In this document: positions 1 to 12,823 of the stretch, piece by piece
Layout of the letters: every line of letters starts with the position of its first letter
Position numbering within the stretch: position 1 is the first letter of the stretch
Assembly (NCBI RefSeq): GCF_018977255.1
Contig: NW_024704742.1
Coordinates: 2,544,001 to 2,608,000 of the forward strand
Direction of reading: 5' to 3'
Length of the DNA stretch: 64,000 bases
From: Callorhinchus milii
Lineage: Eukaryota
The notes under the pieces: model-generated
Database searches by the model: none
Seen by the model: the letters and a program-made list of their open reading frames with translations, nothing else
Told to the model about the DNA's origin: nothing
Translations under genes and position numbers: made by a program

Positions 1-848
1 TATTACCTGTTGGCGCTCGCTCATAACACACACAAGCGCTCTGCGTGAATAGCCTGACGTGGAAAGGCCCTCTCGCAAAACGTAAGGTTATTGTTGTTCA
101 GATGTTCGCGATCTCATGGCAGTACTTGAAAAGACACGGGACTTTTTCCCCGGCGTCATGGCCAGCAATCCTCTGAACAAATTGATCAGTCGTCTCGCGG
201 CTGCTTGTGGAAGCTGGCTGCGTGCAAATTGCCTGCCGCATAACGTGGTGTTTGCGTAGAAACCCAACAGACACTGCTACACGTGACAGCAATCAAGTGA
301 AAAATGCTTCGAGATATTTTGACACGAAAGGTGCTTTTTCCGTCAAATGCAAGTATTATTAATGATTCGCTTGACATATGTGTCCAGTTCTGTGCATTAG
401 TTTTACCGAACGATATCATTGAAATTGTACTGTTTGCCCAATTTACAGCAAAACATGTTTTGATAATGGAGCATCTGCAATTGAAAATATCTTTTTTTTT
501 ATATATATATAAATGGAAACACAACCCTCTACAGATCCTGTTCGTTCTCACTATTGCGGTCAGTGTTGTCGGGATCTAGTAACGTAATTCTGCTCCACAA
601 ATTAGTTCAGAGTTTCGGCTTGAGAAAAGTACATTGTAATTAATGGAAGCCCGCCAGCTTTGCACCAAAGACCAAGCGTAAATGAGCTACGCGCTGAATC
701 CATCCCATGCATGGGCATAGATAAGCACGAGGCTATCACAGTGTGTTCATTTTTTTCAAGGTTTTCTTTTCAGTTTCTATATGACGAAATGATGCATCGT
801 GCGCTCAGCCTTAATTTAACAGTTCGGGTTTGGACCGTTTTCTTCCAG

Positions 849-968
849 GGAGATTTGAATGGCATCACCGGCTTTCTGGAGTTCAACGAAAACGGTGGCA
901 ATCCCAACGTGCAGTTTGAAATTCTTGGTACGAGCTACGGAGAGGACCTGGGGAGAGGCGTGCGAAAA
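849..968 (+). CDS. GRID2: Glutamate receptor delta-2 coding exon (mammalian exon 8 equivalent, end of amino-terminal domain)
   Basis: ttcttccag acceptor at 847-848 and gtaagt donor at 969. 120 bp, phase 0/0. Translates [40 protein letters not shown], matching GluD2 (..[31 protein letters not shown]). Confidence 0.96.
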
Positions 969-3624
969 GTAAGTGGAAACAAAAGTGAAATAAGTAATAA
1001 GCCGGCACGGAATGCAAGTGGGCCGACTGGCCTTCCTCTGTGCCGCAAATTTCAGCGGTTCTATTGAAATGGTTCTGCGTGTTGTTTAGTGTGTAGGTGG
1101 GGTGAACACTTGCGCTTATCGTGTGAGTGCTGGGTCTTGGACAAGGGAGGAAGGGAGAGGTTCTGGAAACGCTTCAGCGATAAGAAGCGATACATCCTCC
1201 AGGACAGATGAACTGTACCCCAACTTCGCTTGTAGGAGTCGATCAATACAGGGCAACAAACCTGATTTCTAGTGCCCGAACCTTACCGCACCTTATTGAA
1301 AGAAAGCCTTCTCCTGATTTAAGAATTCCACGTATGAGCAATGATAATATAATATCAGCAAAGTGTAGGCAAAGTGATACAGAGATAAAAGTTGTTACGG
1401 TGAGGACATCATATTTGGCCTTGAAGAATTTGCTTGTGTTCAGATATTGTTTCCCGTATCACGTTGCTGCATCTTTAAGATCTTTGACCTGCTGCTGTCC
1501 CTCTATGCTGTGTTTGCTGAGCGCTCTGGGATGCCACCTGGCGTGGAGGGCGCTATATAAATACAAGTTGTCCTTGTTGAATTGATCGTCATTTCTGATG
1601 TGGATGGTGACGAGACTGGGAGAGAATCGACGCACAGCACCATCACCGCCTTCCCCCCGATTAGTAACGGGAAGAGATCCAGGCTCAAGAAGCCTTCCGG
1701 CCCGCCCTGTACCCTCCTCCTCTCATCTACCACCGCTAGCAGCCTATTCAAACCGTCCCATAAACAGTGCAATTATAGCACGTTTAGGACTGGCCCAACA
1801 AACTCAGCAAAGTCCGTGAGTGCGAAAATACGAAAGTATGAAGTCACGTAAAATCGTTGCACGGGATATGTAATCCGTGTTTGTTATTAAAACAAATATT
1901 GTTCCCAAATAAGGCAACATTATGAAGTGATGGATGATTGTATAGCATTTTCGGGGTGTATAATAGTCAACCTACGCTTGCATATATATATATATATCTG
2001 TCTGCCTCCAAGTACCTCCCTTTCTCTCTGATCTGTTTGTACCCCTCTCATTTGCTCACTCCATTCACTCAGCTAACACAAGCCTGCTACGCCCCCTCTA
2101 TATCACCATTGGTGGCCAAGCCTTCAGTCACTATTCCTTTAACTTCCGGAGCTTCCTGCCACCGTCCCTCCACCTCGCCCACTTATATCTAGCTTTAAAT
2201 CCCACCTCAAAACTTACCCATTTGATCATATCGATAGTCACCACTTTCTCCCCCTTCTCCCTTGCTCAGTGTCTAACTATAATAACCAGGAACCATTTCA
2301 AGACGTTACCCTACATGAAGGCACGCCGCGTATCTAGTATTTCTGAAATAAGACCTGATAAATAATACACCATGTGAAATTGCACTGGGGGGTACCTGGG
2401 CAGCCAGAGAGCAGCTGGTTAATTCCGTCAAAATTTGTGATGAATGGCAAGATGCAGTTGTTAAATTCTCAGCCATCCTTTACCCAAATAAATCGAGAGT
2501 TTATATGACACAGGGAATCAATGCACCATGTCCAGTAAGCCCCCAGGTATCACATTTATTCTGAGTCTGAATGGTTCAATCTGAAAATAAATGTATGCCA
2601 AGGTTTATACTTCCAGCTGCGCAGGTCCTCTTAGCGCTATTAAATGATCAGTCATTTTTTTTCCCCCCAGAGGAAAGGGCAGAGGATTTCGCATTAGGAA
2701 TTTAAACCACCTGATGTGATAAATATTCCAGGCCAACTTCAGAAGAGCAAGGTGGCAGGTTCTTTTTATATATCTATATATATATATATATCTGCAAACC
2801 TTAAATGTGGTGAATATTTCTGCACTGTTTAAACCTGCACCCGTTCAAATGTTGACCAAGTAAAGAAGACTCGGAATGAGCCATGACCGTTTCGATGTCG
2901 AGAACGTCCAAAACACGGCCTAAGGACATGGGACAGGGTTAAACCGTTTTAAGTTATGTTCTGTTTGTTTTGTTTGAATTTGCTCTGAGGAGACAGACAC
3001 GTCTGACAAAGACAGCCGGGTCCACAACTGTTCAAGGCGTTGCTCTTAGTTTCTTAAACCAAGGCCTTTCGTTCTCCATCAATATTCTCTTTATCTCCTC
3101 CTCTTGGTGGGTGTCACATTTCCTTCTCTTCCCCTGTGGGGTATAGTCCCACACGCACTGGGTGTCCTGTAGCTTGCGAGTGAATGTGGATGGGTTATAC
3201 ACAAAAGAAAAGCCCAGGAAAGCCAGGGTTTTAAATACGATAGACAATAAGCTTCTGGCAACTTCGCGAGTAACAACATTTTCAAGTCCAAAGACATAAA
3301 GACATTTACGTTTTTAAAAAATCCTCAAAGAATTTGAAGGCTGCCTTCACGTTTGAACACTTTTTAAGAGCTCGCTTGTTTTTCAGTGGCATTTACAGAA
3401 GCCTGAATAAGGGGTGATTGACTCGTTGATTGCACAGAGTTGTTTGTTGTCACAGAGGTTGGGGTAGAGGAGCTCAGAGCAAAACAAAAATGCAGCGATG
3501 GGCGCTATTCAGACACACAGACAAAGACGGCGAGAACAAAATAGCTCGTTGCGAATATTAAATGTTATTGGGTTTCAATTTAAATTTCACCATGTTCCCC
3601 CGCCCCGCCCTGGCTTGGCTGGCC

Positions 3625-3852
3625 CCTGCCATCGCGGTCGGGGCCTTTCAGCCTCTCTGCCCCCACCTTGTAGAACTCCATCCCAGATTCCCTCCGCCTC
3701 GCTCGCCTCTTTCAAGGCCCGTCTCAAGACCCTCCTCTTCGGTCGCGGGTTCGGGCACTCTCCTACCCTCCCTGCCTCCTCCCTTCTCCGAACCCCCAGC
3801 TCGGGTCCAAATTTCTGACTGACCGGTGCCTTGGAAACGTCCTCCCGACATA
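3625..3852 (+). mobile_element. L2-clade LINE 3' fragment
   Basis: Encodes the ORF2 C-terminal motif ..SLASFKARLKTLLF, followed by a pyrimidine-rich UTR and the tail acgtcctcccgacat. Confidence 0.75.
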
Positions 3853-5452
3853 AAAGTCTGGTTAGAAAAAACAAGAGCGGTGGTAATATTTGGCATCATG
3901 CCTTCCTCTAGATTAGGGATGGCCAACTCTCAGTGTGACTATTTTACGTGTCCTCCTGATGTGAAAGGCCCTTTACAAACATAGTTTTGTGTTGTATTCA
4001 TAAAGAGAAGGGAGTTTTTCCCCATTGCTATCAATGCCCCAAATAAAACTGTGTACTTACTTCATGGTTGATTGTAGGGCAGGGACATTGCTGTGTGCAA
4101 ATTGGTTGCTGCTTTCGGCCACAAAATCCTCAACCGAAACACTGTACGGTATCTTTGGTGAAGCACTTTGAGCACAGCTCGACAACATGATAAGGCACTA
4201 CATCAAATGCAAGGTTTATTAGTATTAACGTCGACAAATTTAACTTAGATTTAATGTAACAGATGCTGTACTCAAGGCGGAGATTTGTAGACCTTTAAAA
4301 ATCCTACTGAGGCAGCCAAACCATGTCCAAAAACTTTTTGATTCATATAATGATAAATTGTTATAAAATCCGACCAACATGGGTAATGGTTTCTTTTTGC
4401 TGCCAAATGTAAATTGGAGAGGACGTTCGCATTGATATTTTACATTCAATGAGATTTTATGCCCATTAGACCAGTGAAAAATGGTGTATATTTCCCACTT
4501 CATATCTAATTGGTGGGGGCACAGGGGAGACCTCTGAGCTCAATACGCAACCGAGTCTCTTAAACCTTTTTGATGGGCTTTTTCAACCAAGGCCGGATTG
4601 ATCAGACCACCTATGGTTAGGCTAGTAGTCGCGGGAATCCAAAACCTGGCAAAAACACCTCAAAGTGACCTTGGCAGCCAAGCCATTCCTCGCAGTTGAT
4701 TGCAAGTGCCCTTTTCATGGCAATTCAGTGCAAATTTACACACACTAACCATTGGAGAGTCATACGATTCCCATAAGGGACTATTAAAGTGTGAAATACA
4801 GGCATTTATCGCCTGACTAAAAAGCAAAGGGTTACCACAAAAAGGCCCCATAAACTCACGAAACCTGTGCCTTTGGGCGGTCAATGTGGGGGGAAAAAAA
4901 TACAGCCTGAGCCCTGGCTTTTAATGCCTTGCTCGATATAAAAATAGGCGTTCTCCTCAACATAAACTCGGTGCTGACTTTGGGAAGGGAAAAACTTATT
5001 GGGACAGAAGTTCCGGTGAGGATACAGAAATAGAGTTAGTGTGTATTGTCGCCTTTTCTAACACAGGATATTGAGCAGCGTGACATTTCCGTCAATGAAG
5101 TGCAGCGACATTAAGTGGCTCAGAAAGGCGTCAGTCAGAGCGCCATTCACAGGCGAATTTCTCAGCCAACTGAGCTGCCTGATTAGCCCCAGCAGCTGTT
5201 ACTGAGGTACTGGTTTATGTCGGCCTGGCTGCCCGAACATGGAGCAGCTCTTTCCTTGACAATTTTAGGATTTGGTTCTCTTCCCCCCCCTCCCCCCCCT
5301 CGCTATCCCCCTCAGCTCCCACCCTCAGCCTTGGGTTCCCATCCAGCACGATGCTCCGAGACTTCCCCTGCCATTAAAGGCCTGTGTCAATGTAATAAGT
5401 TGTATTGTACCATATATCATGGGGTAGGGAGGTATGTTTTAAGATGGGCTTT

Positions 5453-5638
5453 TAATAATAATAATAATAATAATAATAATCCTTGCATTTGATATAGCGC
5501 TTTTCACGTCTTCTCGACGTCCCAAAGCGCTTCACGGAATATACTGTAAAGTGAATTGACTGCATATTTGTGGGCGAACGCGGCAGCCAACTGTGCACAG
5601 CGATGTCCCACACACAGTCGTAGATTGAAAATGACCAA
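5453..5638 (-). mobile_element. tRNA-SINE, 3' half with (TTA)n tail
   Basis: Reverse complement of the 3' ~185 bp of the element at 19817-20141. Confidence 0.9.
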
Positions 5639-6620
5639 CTTAAGAAGCGGGAGGTAAGGAGAGAGAGATAGGGAGTGATTCGGAGAAATTCCGGGGCTGG
5701 AGTTCCAGAGAGCGGGGATCTGGCACTGTTAACTGGCACTCCTGAACTTTTATTTCTAGGCCTGAGGAACTGGAGAACGTTGTTGCTTTCAATCGATTCA
5801 CTATCGATAAAAAAATCCTCTGTGCTTCACAAAATTCCCCTGGCCTTGACTACTTTATTATTAGAGGTCTGCAATTGGACATTTTAAAAGACGAATTTGT
5901 GTATGTAATTAGCTGGGAGGAGCAGAACATTTGAGATAAAAGCATCTATTTACTCTTTCTAAAGCCACATGTTTGGCTTTGGTAAATAAGCTTGTATCCA
6001 TGTCCACCGCTAATTGAGAAAGCTCAAATAAACACTGCTATTAAAGCTGTTTAAATGCACTGGAAAATAGTAAATAAACCGTCAGCCATTACAAAGCAGT
6101 AAATATAGTCCAGTTAAAATTTTTTACACGGTTCCCGAATCTTTCTTTTCTAAAAAAAAGACTGAGAATTTGTGCACGAATTTTTTTTCCTGAATTTAAT
6201 TCCCTGAATTCCACCTGTTTAATACTCGTCAGGTAGTTCTTGGAAATTCAACGGCGTAATTTCTTTCCGGTTTGTGCATCGCTCATTTTCGATCTGGAGC
6301 CACGTTTGTTACCCTTCATTATTTCCATCCGGGTTGTATCGTCAACTTGTTCAACAAAGCACCGTTCTCATACGATGGGGGACAAGGGCACATATTCACA
6401 GAGGAACTGATGGGGTTGGGGAGGGAACTGTGCTTGCCCCCAGCCTCGTGTATGAATGTTTCAGAAGTGCTCTGTTGATCAGTGCTACGGATTCTCCTCT
6501 TTCCTTGTCTGGTGGCTGGTTTCAGCAAGACCTCGATATAAAAGCTATGACAGGATCCCTGCAGGGCAGGATGAGGTGTTCATTGTTCTGAATGGAGCTA
6601 AGTATTCACATGGACACAGT

Positions 6621-7008
6621 TAATGATAATGATATTAATAATAACAATCGCTGCATTTGACGATACCTCCTTATCATATCAATGAGACGTCTCAAAGCAC
6701 AGAACAGACGGTAAAGTGAATTGACTGTATATTTTGTGGGTGAAACGCGGCAGCCAATTGCGCACATCAGCCCCTGTCCCACAAACAGCCGTGGATTGAG
6801 TGACCACATTATTATTTTTTTAAAGAATTATTATCCCCGGAAAAGCGATCCGCCAATCGACTTAACAACCAGGTTCCTACTTACCGCTAGGCCAGCGGAG
6901 GCGTGTGGAGTAAGGAAACTTGCCCAACCTTTCTCCCTGCCGGGAATCGAACCCAGGTCCTCTCGCTTGTGTGAGGCGAGTGCTCTACCCAATGAGTTAC
7001 AAGAATCC
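6621..7008 (-). mobile_element. tRNA-SINE, long subfamily, near full length
   Basis: tRNA-like head (B box GGTTCGATTCC), GGGCAAGTTTCCTTACTCCACACGCCTC..GTAAGTAGGAACC middle, Deu-like 3' part and tail. Confidence 0.9.
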
Positions 7009-7700
7009 ATTTTTCCACGGAATTTCTCCGCTTGGAATTTTGAATTTGATCTGGGCTGACAGTCAGGTCTGTCCGCTAATTTGCTTGATCAATAATTCGC
7101 ACTTGCGAAGCTCCCAGACCCTATTTCTCAATTGACACTGAAGATCTTACTAACGAACAAAGCTTAACTGGTGATTCCAGCATTTCAGGCTGCGCGCTTG
7201 TTGACGAGCGCTGTTATTTATCCAGTGTAAGCAGATTCCGCGGCAAGCTGAGCTGGTGATGATGTTTCGGATGCATTGCATGAGATCTTAATTGCATGCA
7301 ATGCATCTTAATCTTCACACTCAGCTCAGCGTGTGGTGGAATCTGCTCACACACAAACACCTGCTTTGTGCTTCAGGCTGTTCAAAATATATTACAAACT
7401 CTGAATATGTTCCTGGCTAAACTAACCTGGGAACCTCCCTCCCTCGCTCCCTCTGGAAGAAATTCCCTTCTCTTTTCGAAGCGTGCCATGGGATCTTTAA
7501 CGTTTGCTCGCACAGGCAGACAGGATCTCGGTTTAACGTTTTATCCGAGGAATGGCATCTCCGATAATGCAACACACACCCAGCACTGTATTGGCGTGTC
7601 CTCTTGTATGTCTTGTCATGTGGAACTATCATAGATTGCTTCAAAGAATTAGTCTATTTGAATGTGTAGTGTAAATTATGTAGGCAAATATGATAACAGA

Positions 7701-7944
7701 GGGGAGAAATTTCACTTGGTTCTAAATTTACTCCTATTTATGGAACATTTCAGGGCATCCAGAATTGTAGAAATATGGAATTCAGTCGTAACTTTAAAGT
7801 TTTTTTTTCTCTAGTTCCTGTAAGAAAGTGTAGAAAAAAAACAGCTTCGATATTAAGGCTATATTTCAAGAATTTGCCAAATTCTGGACGCGCAAAAAAG
7901 GTTGCATAAATGGAGTCGATCTAGTCCCGGCTGTAATTTTCCCC
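7701..7944. mobile_element. Fold-back (MITE-like) element with long imperfect terminal inverted repeats
   Basis: Ends ggggagaaattt... / ...taattttcccc, with inner arms ccagaattg / aatttgccaaattctgg. Related copies at 22871 and 31606. Confidence 0.6.
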
Positions 7945-9589
7945 AGCAACGAATAAATAATTAATGCCATGTGAGGTAATGTTTTGATGAAGGAGGAATA
8001 CTGGCCTGGAAACCGGGAAATATCACGCTGTTCTTTGAAACAGCACCGCTGCTTCATTCACACCGACCTGAATAGACAGACAGGATATCATTTTAAAATT
8101 TCATTTGAAGGACAGCAGCTCGAGCCGTGCACTGTGCTGTCAGCCCAGAACGATGAGCTCGAATCGGACCCCACACGTTTCCTGCCCCGGAGGTGAGAGT
8201 TCCTACCGACTGAGCCAAACTGACTTGACACCCATTGTGATTGTGTCGCTGGGATTAGGCTGACGTCTATAATTCTCCAAAGTAGGAATTATGTGTCAGT
8301 CCCTGAAGGGACGTTGACAGTGAGTCTTGTAGCTTGGGGCACTGAAACAAAAAACCGGGAAAATAGCCGAACAAAATGTGATTGACACTGAGGGGGAAAA
8401 AAAGAGCCAACTCACGATTTATTTAAAACACTGTCACCGTTGATAGGAAGCAAATCCGTTAGGCTGACATTACGGCAGTATTTCCTCTTTGTTGTTTTGC
8501 TAATTGCCAAGTCAGGATTGTTAAGCGCCTTGGGATGTCCTCCCAATGTGAAAGACGCTATACAAATTTGTGGTGCGTTGTATGCCGGGTGCCCTGTGGT
8601 GGGGAAGAATCCTTGTCAAAGGGAAGACTTTCTAAATAGGGAAGCGCAAACTAAATCACCCCGGCATTCATCTCGTATAACTATTGACAATATCCTGCAC
8701 TTACCAACAACTCTCATTCATCTAAACTCATGTAAAGTTTATGCTATGAGCTTGGATGTTAGGATTTCCATAATAATAAAAAGAATAATTCTTGCATTTG
8801 TTAATAGCGATGTCATATATTTAAAATTGCTTCACAGTGATTATTGCTGAGCATATTGACTGTGTATGCCCTCAATCCCTCAATCTTTCTGCCTTGCCCG
8901 GACACCAGGAAAAACAACTCTCTCTTTTGAAACAGTGTCATGTTAACATCCACCTGGAACAGTCATACAGGACCTGAGTTAATATCTCATCCAAAGGACA
9001 GCACCTCTGACAATACAATGCTCCTCCTCTAGTCCTATGCGGGGGTGTCATCTCAGTTTGTGAACTCAACGTCTCCGACATGGGGTTTGATCCTACAAAT
9101 GTCCTATCCCGGGGGGAGGGGGGGGGGTGGGGGGAAGGGTACCAAATGCTGCAATCTGTTTTGTTTCTGGTTCTTGATTGAATTTGATTCAAAGTAATAT
9201 TAAACATAGGGTTGTGAATCTCAGACCCATACTTGAGAATAAGCCAATTCTGAGTCACTCACGACACTTGATTAATTTGAAGTTTTTGAGACCTTTCAGC
9301 ATGATTAGGCGCCAACAATCCTCTCAAATTCTCCTTTCTAATCTCAGGGTATTATTACCTTGAGACACAACTTCACAATACAGCCTCTAAAAAAATGCGT
9401 GAGGTTTAGATGGGTCAGTCATTTATCACGGCATTTCACCTCTGGGATCCGAGTTTGAATAAAGCCCACCTGGTCGAAATGAAAATCTCCTCTATTGGTT
9501 GTGGGGCTCCTTCATGATACAAGAAGGGGAATTTACTCGTTCATCATATGACGCTATCATCAAATTTCCTTTCACTCTCATACCAGGCA

Positions 9590-10160
9590 CCTGACCAAAA
9601 CATCCGCCTGCCTCCATCGCTATCTCACGCCCAATGTCGCCGGAACTCTCATTCACCACTTGGTTACCGTCCGCTTAGACTTTTCTCGTGCACTTCTCGC
9701 TGGTCTCCCTTGTTCCATCATTCACAAACTGCAACCCATTTGAACTTTGCTGTCCACCTTCTCACCTGCACCAAACTCTTCTCGCCCATCACCCCAGTCC
9801 TCTCTAGGCACTCCCGCCTCCCTGTCTCACCTGCAAATTCCTCCACGCCTCAGCATCTCCCCATCTGGCTGCTCAACCCCTGCCCTTGGTTTGCTTGGGC
9901 TTGCTCCCACCCTCTCCATACCACCATCGATGGCCAATCTTTCGGATTCTATGCCCAAACTCCTGGAACTCCCTCTGTCTCTCCATCTCACCCTCTCTTT
10001 CCATCTTGAAGTCCCACCTCAAAACCTACCTCTTCAAATGCACCGATGGCTTCTCCCCCTCCCCACTCCCCCCTCCACTGGGAGTCTGACCCCATCCTTT
10101 GCGAATTGCTCCGTCATATTACCTCAGGCAAAGGGTGCTATATGAATGCAAGTTGTTATT
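9590..10160 (+). mobile_element. Degenerate L2 LINE 3' fragment (ORF2 C-terminus and tail)
   Basis: Frameshifted motifs ETLIH..VT.RLD, SPITPVL and LKSHLKTYLF, ending in gctatatgaatgcaagttgtt. Confidence 0.8.
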
Positions 10161-11554
10161 GTGTTGAGGTTTGCAGCAGGAGCCTCCTTGCCTTCATGAA
10201 TGTAAAATGCAGTGAATAATGAAAGTCATCTGGTCGCTGACCTTCTTTACAATCTGTTTTTTAACAACTGACAATAAACAAAGAGGCCATCATAGGGCAA
10301 CTCTATGCTTTCAAAGTCGCATTAGTATTTCAGTGATGAAATAAATTACACAAAGTTTCTGTCGCTCCAATCTAATGAAAGTGTCAGTGGCGGAGCATCT
10401 AAATCAGATCCAAATCCGAGGGACTCATTTTCTCACAACAGTTTTGCCCACGCTTCAGTGATCTGAAGCATACGCCAGAGCATAATTACACCTCTTGAAA
10501 TGATCTCTGCTGATCTCAGAATATCAGAAGGAATTACAATATGCCAGTCACTTGGCGAACTCATTTTGCCCCTTTTCTCAATTGATTTATTTTCCCCAGC
10601 AGGTGATGGGATTCAATCGAATAAAAACCTCTGCATGTGTTGGCACCCGTTGCATATCATTTTCGCTTTTATTTAGTCTTTTTGTTATGTGATACACAAA
10701 GGAAGCCATGTTTTGACAGTACAGTATATAACAGCCGGGCAAAAAATGGTGTCACCCGCTGAACGTTTCAATATTCGAGTTTAAAGTTCCTAATTTGATG
10801 TTTTCTTTGTGAAACAGTAGACGTTTTTGGTATGATGTTCTTTGCAATATGTAACAATAACAATCCTCGCGTTTGATTTAGCGCCTTAACATGGAGTCGA
10901 GACTTCTCAAAGTGCTTCAACAGGACTTTTCTGTGAAGTATAGTGACTGCGCGGTTGTAGGCGAAATGGTAAAACACAAGTGAAACTCACTTTTAAAAAC
11001 GCACCCAACAAAGTTTTGTTTGTCCCTCTCTGATTTTCAATTGCAATTTCCTCCCCTCTGAAGGTCTGGAATTCCTATTTCTGGCTGTTGGCAGCGTGGT
11101 TAGTCCAATCAGTGTTTCTCATCCTTTTGCCACTCAGGGACCAGCTCTGTCCGTTCTTGGAATATCGTGCAACACTCGTAAATGAGTAAATTGAATCTTT
11201 CAATCTAAAGGTATCTGTGTCGTCAGGTTATCAAGGGAAAGCACCAGTGTGCTCTCAGTATCCTGGCCAACAATCCTCCAGAAAAAAAAATTGGTCATTC
11301 ATCCAAAGGCAATGTGTTGCTGTCATTGTTTACCCTCTGAATAAAGAAAAACGTCCTGGTATCTGTCCTGAAAGTATCCTTGACAACTCTAACATAATGT
11401 CCTTTTGTCTTGATACGTCCTAGAGTATGGATTTGGGTGTACAGTTTACGTTTTCAATCTTAACAAGAAGTATACCTCTATGAGAGACCCTGTGAGTCTT
11501 CTCTGAAGACTAAAGAGCCCTAAGCTTATTTAATTATTGCATGGTGTCTGGGGA

Positions 11555-11775
11555 TCAAAACTCAACAGATTTAGCAATACAGACAGCAATCTGTTTGCCT
11601 TGTTTATTGCTGCCTCAAACTGTTTTAATATAGTGAGTAGCCTAACACCCCTAGATCTCTTCTAGCATCCCCTTTGGCAAGTTCATGGATTGCTTCTGTT
11701 TCTTATTCGTGCGTCCTATATGTAGTGCCTTGCATTCATCTGTATTAAACTTCATTTGCCAGATCTCGCCATTTT
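11555..11775 (-). mobile_element. Degenerate CR1 LINE RT-region fragment
   Basis: Minus strand reads ..WQMKFNTDECKALHIGR.., homologous to the 26779 copy. Confidence 0.7.
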
Positions 11776-12597
11776 GACTCATTCCCTTATCAAAGACCCT
11801 TTTCTTCCCTTCCCTTGGGCCAATTCTGAATCTATGACCAAATATTGCCCTTCATGCCCAGTGAATGACCACAGTTTCTCAGGGAGTCAAACACTGCTTG
11901 GTTATCTAGATATGTCATACGATTTCTTAGAGCCAATTTGGTCTGTCACCTCTTCAAATACGTTCTCTGGGATTGTTTACCTGACCTTGTGGATATTGTA
12001 GAAGCAAAAATTTCACCAAGAACTGAAAATTGTTCATCTTAAATGGTATCCCCCTTTTAGTAATAATAATCAGACTCTATGTATTTGATAGAGTGCCTTA
12101 TCACATTGGAAGGCTGTCTTAAAGCACTCAATAGGAATTACTATGAAATTAAGCACAAATTTGGCAGCTCAACTGCACACAACACAATGATTGAGGAGCA
12201 CGCCACCCATTTATTGCCGTGGTAATTTGCTGTTGAATATGCACTGTTGATTACTTTGTGCGTACGAGAAGGTCAGAGCAAATGGAACAGGTTAACAAAG
12301 GGAGACGCGACAGTCCGAGTGAATCCAAACCATGACTCCTTATTCGGTTGTGATGCTTTTCCTGTCCTTGTGTCGTGTGCATCTTTGTTTTAGTACCAGC
12401 ACTTACAGCTTTGTGAGTACATTGAGAGTAGATGTATTAATGCAGGGAAGCCCAATATAGTGCAGGTAAAAGCCAGTGCAAATCTGATCAATGTGACAAG
12501 ATAAAGATAACCATTTTAGACAAGTTGCTGACTCATATGTTTCTCTGCTGCTGGGAGCTAACCGGTACTGTCATTTTAAACTTTCTGGGTCAAACAA

Positions 12598-12823
12598 GAG
12601 TCATGTAGCCTATTGGTTAGAGCACTCGCTTCGCAAGCCAGTGGGCCTGGGCTCGATTCCCAGGCAGGGCAAAAAACCTTAGGCAAGTTTCCTTACTCCA
12701 TACACGTCTAGTAGGAATCCGATTGTTAGTCAACTGGCAGATCGCTTTCTGGGAGGTAATAATTCCTCCAAGAATTAAAAAAAAACAATAATTTGGTCAC
12801 CCAGTTCACGACTGTTTATGGGA
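12598..12823 (+). mobile_element. tRNA-SINE long subfamily, 5' part, joined to a CR1 3' UTR (about 12824-12940)
   Basis: gagtcatgtagcc..ggttagagcactcgc head and ggcaagtttccttactcc middle, followed by the CR1-type gaatggcctgtttct..ctatg end. Confidence 0.8.
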
